Origin: a virus
Strand: one strand, 5' to 3'
DNA length: 64,000 nucleotides
Virus record (IMG/VR): IMGVR_UViG_3300003322_000327
Span: 38,121 to 102,120 of that record
Below the pieces are notes generated by a model, which was not told the origin of the DNA, ran no database searches, and saw nothing but the letters and a program-made list of their open reading frames with translations. A program made the translations under genes and the position numbers. Positions within the stretch are counted from its first letter, which is position 1. Every line of letters begins with the position of its first letter. This document shows, in pieces, positions 8,063 to 16,707 of this stretch.

Positions 8063-9580
8063 TCAGTAGGTGGTGAGCTTGAAGCGTGGTCGAGTCGCTG
8101 CCACGTACAGAGACCGGAACGACTCGCGCTTGTTCGGGTTCGCCAGGATGTCGGCTTGGTCGACGTACACTTCGTCGAGGGTCGAGCCCTGGAGTCGGTG
8201 CGTCGTCATTGCGTAGCCGTGTCGGATGTCGGTGAACTTGTTCTTCAGCGACCAGAAGTCGGCCCACAGTTCCTTGCGTTTGCGGCTGTCCTTTTCACGC
8301 TGTGCCTTCGAAGCGCGCTTGTTCAGCATCGAACTCAGCTCACCCGGGTCTTCTGCCTTGAAGAGCGTGAGGTGCGAGTTGTGGAGGCTGTACGCCGTGG
8401 CTTCGAGCTTGCCTTCCGGGTACTCGAAGACACGCTCGTGCACTTCCTTGATCTGGAACTCTTCGTCGGTGAAGGCCAGGATCTGACCCATCGAGTCGAC
8501 CAATGGTTCAGCCAGCAGAATCATGTCGTCAGGCTCGAACCCATCCTTGATCTTGAAGCCAAGCGCCTCGCGGATGATTCGGTTGTAGACGTTGACGGTC
8601 TTGTTTCGCCAGCACGCGACCTTGGTCGTTCGCCAGTCTTCGAGACCACGGCCCCGGATCGAGTCCAGCATCTGGTCCTTGCTGACTACGAAGATGCCTT
8701 CGCGTCCGTCGTTGTCGTCAACAATCGGCGACTTGTAGACCTTGCCTTTCAAGCAGTTGCGGATCGCAACCGAGAGACCGAGCAGCTGATTGTCGAAGCG
8801 CTTGACTTCGGTCAGCAGCGCCTTGAACTCCGGCTTCGCCATGCCCCAGACCAGAGACCTGGACTCACCGACTGGGTTGAGCTGCGCTGGATCACCGACG
8901 AAGATCGCACGCCACCCGAGCTCTTCGCACAGGTTGCGCAGAATCTCCGCCAGGAACTCCGGGATCATGCCGGCTTCATCGATGACGAGCACCGGCCTGG
9001 CTCCGAGTTCGGGAGTGCGACCCGTCTGCTTCAGCACCTTCTCGCCGTCCTCGGCTACCATGCGGAGTCCGAGCAGCGAGTACGTGGTCTTGCACGTCTC
9101 ACCGACGAAATCGGACAGCACCTTGGTCGCCTTGTTGGTAGGTGCCGAGAAGTAGAAGTTGTGGCCCTTGATCTGTCGCACCTTGTCCATGAGGAACGAC
9201 TTGCCGGTGCCTGCGTAGCCCTTGATCACGCAGTACGGCTCATCGCTGGCAAGCCAACGGTTGATCATCGCCCACGCCTTGGCTTGACCCTGCGTCATCT
9301 CCTTGCCGCCAGCGAGTTCTGAACTCACAGGGACTGAGACGAACGGCAGGTCGGTGCGCCCAGGAATGGCAATAGGCGAGGCGACCGGTGTGATGCGCCT
9401 CGCCATCATGGCGTCGAGGGTCTTCGTGTTCGCGTTCGGTGGTGCGGGCTTGAACCCTTGCCTCGCATCACGCTCGTACATCAGCGCACTAAGGATAAGC
9501 TCGATGCGGCCGGTCGCGCCTTCGCGGTGTGAGTCGACCAACAAGTCGACAAGAGCCTTGGGATCTCGGAGGTCAGACAT
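8063..9580 (-). CDS. dda: Dda/RecD-like SF1B DNA helicase
   Basis: Walker A GYAGTGKS, SAPTNKA, Walker B LVIDEAGM, VGDPAQLNPV, GYAMTTHRLQGST, LYVAATRP. Confidence 0.9.
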   Translation of the reverse strand: MSDLRDPKALVDLLVDSHREGATGRIELILSALMYERDARQGFKPAPPNANTKTLDAMMARRITPVASPIAIPGRTDLPFVSVPVSSELAGGKEMTQGQAKAWAMINRWLASDEPYCVIKGYAGTGKSFLMDKVRQIKGHNFYFSAPTNKATKVLSDFVGETCKTTYSLLGLRMVAEDGEKVLKQTGRTPELGARPVLVIDEAGMIPEFLAEILRNLCEELGWRAIFVGDPAQLNPVGESRSLVWGMAKPEFKALLTEVKRFDNQLLGLSVAIRNCLKGKVYKSPIVDDNDGREGIFVVSKDQMLDSIRGRGLEDWRTTKVACWRNKTVNVYNRIIREALGFKIKDGFEPDDMILLAEPLVDSMGQILAFTDEEFQIKEVHERVFEYPEGKLEATAYSLHNSHLTLFKAEDPGELSSMLNKRASKAQREKDSRKRKELWADFWSLKNKFTDIRHGYAMTTHRLQGSTLDEVYVDQADILANPNKRESFRSLYVAATRPRFKLTTY

Positions 9581-10139
9581 TCACGTCCTCACGATACGGG
9601 TTGATGTGTACTGCTCGATGGGCCGGCACCATGAGGTAGTGCGCGAACTGGATCGGGTCGATGTCGCGACCGTGGCCGGTGAAGATGACGGGCACCTGCG
9701 GCCAACGTGCGACTACGTCTCTGGCTTTCTCGACTTGGACGTTCGTTGACTTCTGATCCAGGCCCGAGATGACGAGAAGCGTCGGCTCGGACTCTCGCTG
9801 CTTCTGATCCAGCGCGTCACGAAAGTGACCGGTGTGCTCGGCAAGCGTTGAGTCGTAGATCGGAGTCCACAGGACTTGCGCATGTCGGTCAGCTTTCAGG
9901 TGGATCTCGACCAGTCGGGCTGCGAAGTAGTTCGCCTTCAACTCCGAGTACGAGGTGACGATGAAGTGCTGACTTGCTCGACTGTTCTTGATCCAGTCGT
10001 GGATGCTCTGCGTCTGCTGATCAGCGGTCAGGCCGTTGACGTCGCGCGGCTGCCAGCTGAACTCTGCTTGGCGCCAGACGTGGCCCGGCACTTGATGCCG
10101 GACGAACTTCTGATCGACAGAGACACGGATGGTGCTCAT
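9573..10139 (-). CDS. hypothetical protein, possibly a degenerate DnaC/IstB-like loader fold
   Basis: 188-aa ORF between two helicases; PTLLVISGL...PVIFTG strand pattern, but no Walker A. Confidence 0.5.
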   Translation of the reverse strand: MSTIRVSVDQKFVRHQVPGHVWRQAEFSWQPRDVNGLTADQQTQSIHDWIKNSRASQHFIVTSYSELKANYFAARLVEIHLKADRHAQVLWTPIYDSTLAEHTGHFRDALDQKQRESEPTLLVISGLDQKSTNVQVEKARDVVARWPQVPVIFTGHGRDIDPIQFAHYLMVPAHRAVHINPYREDVNV

Positions 10140-12349
10140 TTCTTGTCCTTCTTCAATGCGGCTCGCGCCTGAAGCTCCTTCAGTTCCTTCTCCCAGCGCG
10201 CCACGTTCTCTCGACGCTTCTGACTGTCTGGTGCCTTCTTGAACGCAGACCGGGCGGCGGAGAGACGACGCCGAGCAGCTGTGAGATCAGCATCGAACGT
10301 CCTACTGTATTTACGATTTACCTCCTGTGTCCGCTGGCGCTGCTTGACCTTCGACGCTTCGGACATGACCTTGAAGTGATGCAGCACAGTCAGCGGTGGC
10401 TCGTTGACGAGCTTGAAGCCTTCGACTCCGATCTTGCGCGCCAACAAAATCGCGGACGCAACGTAGGGCACGATCATCAGCACCGGACCCTTGGCGCCTG
10501 GGTCGCGTAGATTCGTCCGGTACAAGGTCTGCACCAAGTTCTCGATCGAATGATCCTGATCGATGTCGTAGTCCGGAATCAGCAACTTGTAGAAGCGTGT
10601 CTGAGTCGGGTTCGGATTCAACGCTGCCAGATGAGTGAAGGCAATCATCGACGAATAGAGGTTGATGCCGTGCAGCGTCGGGGTGTCTGGCACCGTGAAG
10701 GTAGATGAGTCGAGTCGGTCATAGAGAACGGTCCTCAGTCGCTTGTCCCAGTGAGGTGGAACCAGGATTGCGTCGCGCCTGTGCTTGCGGTCGTAGACCG
10801 TTGACCCGGACCTTCCTGGCTTGCGAGTCAGTGAGCCGTGAGCGATCGTGAACTTGACGGTGCGCAGATAGCGCGTGCCGTTCGGATACCAGACCCGCTT
10901 GTCATTCGCGTTCAAGGCCAGTAGCGATCGATTCCCAGAGTTCGGGTAGTGGGTCTGCACCCAGGTCTCGAAGATCCGAGCGGCCGCAGAGAGCAGAGGC
11001 CAGAGCGGAGGCACCGCAAATCGCTTCAGCTGCGCTTCGAGCTCCGTGCTCTTGCACACGCTCTTGCCTTCGGGATTTGCCAGCTCGGAAATGAGCTCGT
11101 CGTGACTACGATCGAGGTCAAGCTCACCTGCTACCTCGGTAGCCAGCTTGACAGGCACAACCATACCCTTGGTCAGCAGATACGAGCTGAGGTTCTCCCA
11201 GAAGACTTGCTTCGAGCCGAAGTACTCCGACCTGAGCAGTGTCGCCACGTGAAGGCGTCGGGTTGCTGCCCTGCGCAGGCGCTCGGACCGGGCCTTAATG
11301 TTCTTCAAGGCAGGGCTCAGCTGCTGACCTTCGAGCAGCGGCACCAGGGTGTGGCCATCGCGCTTCAGAAAGTGGTACATCTGGCTGTCGGTGAAGAAGG
11401 CGCTGGTCAGGATCACGTGCTTGTAGTTGTTGAACAGCGCGGTCGGCCGCATCACAACCTGAACGCTGATCTTTTCCCCGCCCGGGTTCGCATCGTAGAG
11501 CTCGGAGATTTCCAGGTTCGACAGAATGAAAATCGAGCCGCGACCGGAACCTGAGTACTCCTTGTACATAGAGAGCAGGTCGCGCACGTCTTCGGGCAGC
11601 AGGCTTCGAGTCGAGACGCCGAACTGCTCCTTGATCTTCTCAAGCGGAGCAACCGAGCGAATGACGTACAGGTTCTGAGGTCGGTCGCCCTTCTCAAGTG
11701 GAATCGGATCGAGCTTGAAGCGCTTGCGCCATGCGGGCGACTCGGACTCTACCGCGTCGACCGTGATCGAGCGCCAAAGCTTCATCCACTGGTCGCGCGG
11801 AATCTTGAAATCGCGCGGTTGCATCACGCACTTGCGTGCCTCATCGAAGATGACGACCATGCGCTTCAGGAGCTGGTAGTCACGCTCGGTTGTGTCGAAT
11901 CGATTGACACGAACGAACGACTCGTGGGTCGTCATGATGATCTGGCCCAACTGTGCTTCAGACTCGAGATCGTGCTTGCGCCCTGCACGGTACTTCGTGT
12001 CCAGGTAGCGCTCACGGGTGATGAGCCCGAACAGGTAGTTGAGTGCAGTCGTCGGCTGATCACCGATCACCTTGTACTTGGTGCCGAGAAAAGCCTCAGC
12101 GACCCGGTTCGGTTCAGCCACGACCTGCACTCGACTCATCACTGATTTGTCGTCGAGTTTCGCGCGCACGCGCTGGTATGTCTCGTGCAACAGGTCAGCG
12201 GTGGGTGCTACGTAGACCAGAATGTAGTTCGCGTCCTGGCGCTGCAGCAACGTCACTGCCTGATTCACGAAATACTCGGTCTTGCCCGCACCCGGCATCG
12301 CATCGATGTAGCGGAACTCTCGAGTCTCGAAGTCTTTGTCGTCGTTCAT
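10136..12349 (-). CDS. SF2 helicase-related protein, candidate replication or origin-binding protein
   Basis: DAMPGAGKT (Walker A-like), VIFDEARK (Walker B-like), ILTSA, VQTLYRTNLRD (motif VI-like); start moved to ATG 12349, which has a GGAG SD. Confidence 0.65.
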   Translation of the reverse strand: MNDDKDFETREFRYIDAMPGAGKTEYFVNQAVTLLQRQDANYILVYVAPTADLLHETYQRVRAKLDDKSVMSRVQVVAEPNRVAEAFLGTKYKVIGDQPTTALNYLFGLITRERYLDTKYRAGRKHDLESEAQLGQIIMTTHESFVRVNRFDTTERDYQLLKRMVVIFDEARKCVMQPRDFKIPRDQWMKLWRSITVDAVESESPAWRKRFKLDPIPLEKGDRPQNLYVIRSVAPLEKIKEQFGVSTRSLLPEDVRDLLSMYKEYSGSGRGSIFILSNLEISELYDANPGGEKISVQVVMRPTALFNNYKHVILTSAFFTDSQMYHFLKRDGHTLVPLLEGQQLSPALKNIKARSERLRRAATRRLHVATLLRSEYFGSKQVFWENLSSYLLTKGMVVPVKLATEVAGELDLDRSHDELISELANPEGKSVCKSTELEAQLKRFAVPPLWPLLSAAARIFETWVQTHYPNSGNRSLLALNANDKRVWYPNGTRYLRTVKFTIAHGSLTRKPGRSGSTVYDRKHRRDAILVPPHWDKRLRTVLYDRLDSSTFTVPDTPTLHGINLYSSMIAFTHLAALNPNPTQTRFYKLLIPDYDIDQDHSIENLVQTLYRTNLRDPGAKGPVLMIVPYVASAILLARKIGVEGFKLVNEPPLTVLHHFKVMSEASKVKQRQRTQEVNRKYSRTFDADLTAARRRLSAARSAFKKAPDSQKRRENVARWEKELKELQARAALKKDKK

Positions 12350-12730
12350 CGTCTTCTCCGTTTCTGACCCATCTTTACAGTCTGGGAAGAAGTCTATGCC
12401 CTTCGGGCAGCTTAGACCTCTGCACGAATAGTTTGTATCTCCTTCATATCCCTTAAAGAACGAAGTAAGCACAAACTTTTGCTCCGCAATACGTGTGCGA
12501 ATGTGCTTCTGAGTGCGCGTAGCGCAATGGTTCCCGAGACCGTAGGTCGAAGGGAACTTACGAACCGGACCACGAGTTCCAGACCTCTGGTCTACGGAAG
12601 AGTGAAGTTGGAGTGGTCTGGTGCGAGCAGCTTTGATTGCCGGAAGTCTAGGTACTACTTCGATCTAGAGACGAATTCCGAAACCGTAAAGAATGGGCAT
12701 CCCCCATCCACGACCCCGAGGTCCAGTTCC
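12350..12730. promoter_or_regulatory. divergent intergenic control region (strand switch) with several short inverted repeats
   Basis: genes point away on both sides; lower GC; hairpins such as TTCCAGACC-TCT-GGTCTACGGAA and GAAGT...ACTTC. Confidence 0.5.
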
Positions 12731-13459
12731 ATGTCCGCATCTGAAGCCACTCTCATCGACGCCCTGCAAGCACACAACACCCCGGTCGACGCCAACGACT
12801 TCGACATCGAGATCAACGTCCTCGACGAGGACGGCAACGCGGTTCGACAGCTCATCGAGTTCTCGAAGACGGTCGTGAACTGGAGCTACGAACTCGCACC
12901 CGACGACGGTCCCGACTCCGACGACGAGGACGACATCTACTTCGACGACCTGACGGAAGCCGAGCCGGTGGCATCCAAGGGCAAGGTCGAAGCCCAGCCT
13001 GAGATCGTCGGCGGCCGTGTCGTCCGTCCCGGTCTGCTCCGAACCGATGACGACGAAGACGATGACCAGGACGACGATGACGAAGAGCAGGTCAGCTACG
13101 ACCCCGAGCGTCGCGAACTCGTGCTCATGCACCAGGTGACAGGTGCTGCCTTCCGCGAACTCAACAAGTACGTGTTCGAGCCGAAGGACAGGCCGGAGGT
13201 CTCGGTCGAGATCACGTACTACGCGACGGTCGAGCAAGGCGGAAAGCTGCTCAAGGCGCCGATCTTCGTCCACACCTTCTACGGCATCTTCTACGTCACC
13301 GATGACCTGTCGGGCAATCGGCTGATCGGCGGTCAACGCCAAGGCCCGCTGCTGCTGACGATGCGACTCGAGACCCTGGCTGCCAAGACCTTCGGCGATC
13401 CGGCCGACCAGCACCGCCTGGCGTCGCTGATCCAGGAAACCAGCATCGAGGAGCACTGA
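12731..13459 (+). CDS. highly acidic hypothetical protein
   Basis: ATG 12731 within ORF 12479..13459; phage-like codon usage begins here; D/E tracts. Confidence 0.7.
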   Translation: MSASEATLIDALQAHNTPVDANDFDIEINVLDEDGNAVRQLIEFSKTVVNWSYELAPDDGPDSDDEDDIYFDDLTEAEPVASKGKVEAQPEIVGGRVVRPGLLRTDDDEDDDQDDDDEEQVSYDPERRELVLMHQVTGAAFRELNKYVFEPKDRPEVSVEITYYATVEQGGKLLKAPIFVHTFYGIFYVTDDLSGNRLIGGQRQGPLLLTMRLETLAAKTFGDPADQHRLASLIQETSIEEH

Positions 13460-13460
13460 C

Positions 13461-14477
13461 ATGTTCGTCTTCGTCGGCGACCTCCACCTCACCGACTCGG
13501 TCGGCCGTGGTGGACTCTCGAAGCTGATCGAGAACGCAGACAAGTTTGTGGCTGACCTCGTCATCGATCAACCCATGCGCTACGCAGTCAAGCACGGCAT
13601 CAAGCACATGGTGTTCGGTGGCGATATCTGCGAGGGGACTCGACTCTCGTACTCTGGTCAGCTCGCACTGGCCCGAATCTTCCGGGCCGCAAAGAAGAAG
13701 GGCATCAAGTGCTGGCTCTACCTAGGCAACCACGATGTGTTCGACACGGACCCAACGGTCGGCCACAGCCTGGAGGTCGTGCAGCTCTGGGGCTTCGACA
13801 ACGTGGAGATCATCACCGAGATGCGTGACGTTACCATCGGTGACATCGAGTGTCGAGTCCTGCCCTGGCCACATCAGACATTCTCGAAGTCGAGGCTCAA
13901 CCTCGCTCACATCGACGTCCAGGGTTCGCGAACGGACTCGGGTCGACTCAACGACAAGGACGAACTGAACAAGAGCGAAGCCTGGGCGCTGATCGGCCAC
14001 ATCCACACGAGTCAGCGCGTGCGCAACTCCGTGTATCCGGGTACCCTGTACCAGACCAACTTCGGTGAGAAGCCGGAGAAGTTCTTCGCTGTCGTCAGAT
14101 ACGACGAGGGCTTCGACATCGAGCTCATTCCGGTCAAGAACGTGTACACCCTGCATTCGGTGAAGGTCGAGACCAAGGCCGATCTCAAGGGCCTTGAAGC
14201 TGGCGACCAGCACCTGTACAAGCTGGTGGTCGAAGGTCAGAAGGTCGGAGCCGCCGACTGGGCACACCTCAAGGTCGTCAAGGTCGTGACTGGCAAGGAC
14301 GAAGCACAGGAGCTGGCTGTCGCCAAGCACTGGGAGAAGCTGACGAAGGGCGCCTCGATCCAGATCAGCTCTGAGGAATTTTTCGAGGCATGGCTCGACA
14401 GCCAGCCGAGGCCTGACGCATTCAAGGAGCAAGTGCGTCAGGTCCGCAAGCGTGTGCTCGCAGGAGTTTCCAAGTGA
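13461..14477 (+). CDS. Mre11/SbcD (T4 gp47-like) metallophosphoesterase nuclease
   Basis: GDLH, GGDI, LGNHD and GHIH motifs, then YPGTLYQTNFGE. Confidence 0.85.
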   Translation: MFVFVGDLHLTDSVGRGGLSKLIENADKFVADLVIDQPMRYAVKHGIKHMVFGGDICEGTRLSYSGQLALARIFRAAKKKGIKCWLYLGNHDVFDTDPTVGHSLEVVQLWGFDNVEIITEMRDVTIGDIECRVLPWPHQTFSKSRLNLAHIDVQGSRTDSGRLNDKDELNKSEAWALIGHIHTSQRVRNSVYPGTLYQTNFGEKPEKFFAVVRYDEGFDIELIPVKNVYTLHSVKVETKADLKGLEAGDQHLYKLVVEGQKVGAADWAHLKVVKVVTGKDEAQELAVAKHWEKLTKGASIQISSEEFFEAWLDSQPRPDAFKEQVRQVRKRVLAGVSK

Positions 14478-14929
14478 CTGTCATGAATTTCATCAGCCCC
14501 GTGATCGTCGATGGTCGCGGATACTCGATCGGTCAGCGTGGTACTCTGATCTGCCTCGTCTACGACCTGTGGTCGAACAAGCTGCTGACCCACGATGCCG
14601 AGTATCGCATAAGCTGCGGATCTGGCACGGACCCGAGCCACGTGGTGTGGAAGCCGGCAGGTCACGAGACCAAGGCGATGAGTATCAAGGCCCTCGGTCA
14701 GTACATCCTCAAGCAGGTGCGGACTTCGCGACCCGTTCGCCAAGGGCAGGACCCCGAGTACAGGTTCTACGCCATCATGTACACGACGGCCGAACTTTAC
14801 CCGGCGCACCTTGCACGCTTCTGGAAGCAGATCGCGCGTCACAACCTTAGGGTGCTGGAGCAAGAGCGCCGTCAGGGTCAGAGCGTCCGGCGTCGGCCCT
14901 ACCCGCCGGCACAACCACTCATCGTCTAG
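14474..14929 (+). CDS. hypothetical phage protein
   Basis: 151-aa ORF, GTGA overlap with the upstream stop. Confidence 0.65.
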   Translation: MTVMNFISPVIVDGRGYSIGQRGTLICLVYDLWSNKLLTHDAEYRISCGSGTDPSHVVWKPAGHETKAMSIKALGQYILKQVRTSRPVRQGQDPEYRFYAIMYTTAELYPAHLARFWKQIARHNLRVLEQERRQGQSVRRRPYPPAQPLIV

Positions 14930-14938
14930 GAGACAAGC

Positions 14939-15319
14939 ATGGCAACGTATGATGAAGCGACAAGGACCACGATCTTCACGGCCGAAGAGAAAGCGGCGTT
15001 CGCCAAGAGCGCAGCAGAAAGCCTGAAAGCCAAGATGGACAAGAACAGGGCCGAGTGCCCGAGGCCCGATGACGACAAGTGGATGTGGGAGCGAGGTATG
15101 CACTACGTCTGCACTGTCCTCGAGTTCAGGTCCAAGTACGCCTACGTTGACGACGCGATCGCCAACGCCCTGAAGTGGGACACCGAGCGTGAAGCCTACG
15201 AGTGGCTGGTGCCGCAGCTCGACAGGGCAGTGACTGCGGCGATCGACCACGCGCACAACATCAGCTTGCGCCACATCAGGGCCGAGCTCCGACTCAAGCA
15301 ACTTCGGGAGCCCGTATGA
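14939..15319 (+). CDS. hypothetical phage protein
   Basis: 126-aa ORF, AGGAG SD. Confidence 0.7.
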   Translation: MATYDEATRTTIFTAEEKAAFAKSAAESLKAKMDKNRAECPRPDDDKWMWERGMHYVCTVLEFRSKYAYVDDAIANALKWDTEREAYEWLVPQLDRAVTAAIDHAHNISLRHIRAELRLKQLREPV

Positions 15320-15738
15320 GCCTCATCAGCCCACCCTTCGATCCAGACCTACCCCGTGCCTGGACCACGATCACGGGCGAACTCTGCACCTGTCAATGCC
15401 ACCGCACCCATGGTGTCTTTCACTGCATTCCGTGCTGCGGTCCGACCCGTGAGAGCGATCTGGCAATCATCGACATGCTCACCGACAAGGACAAGGTGAG
15501 GTTCACAGTCGATGATCCCTCGAACGGCAATGCTGCTGCCTCGATCACCAACATCGAGTTCAAGGAGAATGGTGCCGTTACGTGCATGGTGCGCATCGAA
15601 TCGACAGGCGGCACCAAGGTCTCGATCAGTGACCTGGAGCCCGGCACCACCTACGGCTACAAGGCTGAGGCCACCAAGAAGTCCGATGGCACGATCGAGA
15701 ACGTGCAGCTCATCTCTGTCTCCAAGGTGAGTCCATGA
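15316..15738 (+). CDS. hypothetical protein with a Cys/His cluster (CTCQCHRTHGVFHCIPCC)
   Basis: ATGA overlap at 15316. Confidence 0.65.
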   Translation: MSLISPPFDPDLPRAWTTITGELCTCQCHRTHGVFHCIPCCGPTRESDLAIIDMLTDKDKVRFTVDDPSNGNAAASITNIEFKENGAVTCMVRIESTGGTKVSISDLEPGTTYGYKAEATKKSDGTIENVQLISVSKVSP

Positions 15739-16181
15739 GCAAGTGGAAGATCAGCAAGGGTACCGGCCTCAAGTTCGATCCCAAGTTCGAGCGCGACCAG
15801 CACTTGGCGTACGTGTATGGGCTCAAGGCCGACTTCGCGTTCTATCAGCCACACTCGGCGCTCTTGCACTACAACTCGAGCCCGAACATGTTCAGGGCAG
15901 ACGGCAACATGTACTACCGTCTACCGACCGACAGGCCGGGCCCGATCACGCTTCTGTCTCCGGAGCAGCGACAGAAGCAGCTCATGGAGCAAGAGCTCAT
16001 GAACTTCGTGGCCCAGAAGTGGGGCTCGGAGTCGAGTGCGATCCGTACTCTGAACGGTACGGTGATGCTCAAGTACGGTGATCGAGTCATCGAGATGAGC
16101 GCCAACGTCTACGACAATCTTGTCCTTCACACCAGTGCCAAGGACGTCAAGACCAAACTCCAGTCAGGAGAGAAGCCATGA
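15735..16181 (+). CDS. hypothetical phage protein
   Basis: 148-aa ORF, ATGA overlaps on both ends. Confidence 0.7.
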   Translation: MSKWKISKGTGLKFDPKFERDQHLAYVYGLKADFAFYQPHSALLHYNSSPNMFRADGNMYYRLPTDRPGPITLLSPEQRQKQLMEQELMNFVAQKWGSESSAIRTLNGTVMLKYGDRVIEMSANVYDNLVLHTSAKDVKTKLQSGEKP

Positions 16182-16465
16182 TCGAGATCAAGAAAGGCGG
16201 CAAGTACTACCTGCACGGCGCTTACCCTGCCGAAGAGGTCATCGTCATTCAAGCACCTGACGCGCCAGGCGCCGATGTGCTGGTCAAGCATCCGACAGGT
16301 CCCACGTATCAGAGTCCGGCCCGCATGCACCTGACTCGCCGACAGGCCGACGAGGCGACGCTGAGCGAGAAGATGACGCAGCTCGCGAACTTCAGAGCCA
16401 AGGTGACCGAACTTGGACTCGAGGTCGAGAGCATCGAGGTTCGCATGAAGGAGGACCAGACATGA
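16178..16465 (+). CDS. hypothetical phage protein
   Basis: 95-aa ORF, AGGAG SD. Confidence 0.7.
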   Translation: MIEIKKGGKYYLHGAYPAEEVIVIQAPDAPGADVLVKHPTGPTYQSPARMHLTRRQADEATLSEKMTQLANFRAKVTELGLEVESIEVRMKEDQT

Positions 16466-16677
16466 CTGTCTGCATTGCCGTCGGCAAGGAACTCACGGTC
16501 GCCAAGTGTCCTCTGAACAAGGGCAGCTGCTACTGGCAGCATCGGGAGACGCACGAATGCAAGGCTACGACTCAAGAACTGACAGTGCAGGAGTTCTGCG
16601 CTCACGTCGGTCTGAGGGGGAGCCCGAGCGAGGAACAGATCGGTCGATTCCAGATCAAGCTCCGACAGATGCTGTAA
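16462..16677 (+). CDS. small Cys-rich hypothetical protein
   Basis: 71-aa ORF, GGAGG SD. Confidence 0.65.
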   Translation: MTVCIAVGKELTVAKCPLNKGSCYWQHRETHECKATTQELTVQEFCAHVGLRGSPSEEQIGRFQIKLRQML

Positions 16678-16707
16678 ATAAGAGGCATCCCCTGCACAGG
16701 AAGAACG

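Noticed and set aside
12350-12472. N-terminal extension of ORF 10136..12472, and the 12479 start of the acidic protein
   Set aside because: Atypical composition and no SD; the downstream ATGs at 12349 and 12731 are better starts.
13461-14477. A complete SbcCD/gp46-47 pair
   Set aside because: No SMC-like ATPase partner is visible in this window; it may lie elsewhere in the genome.
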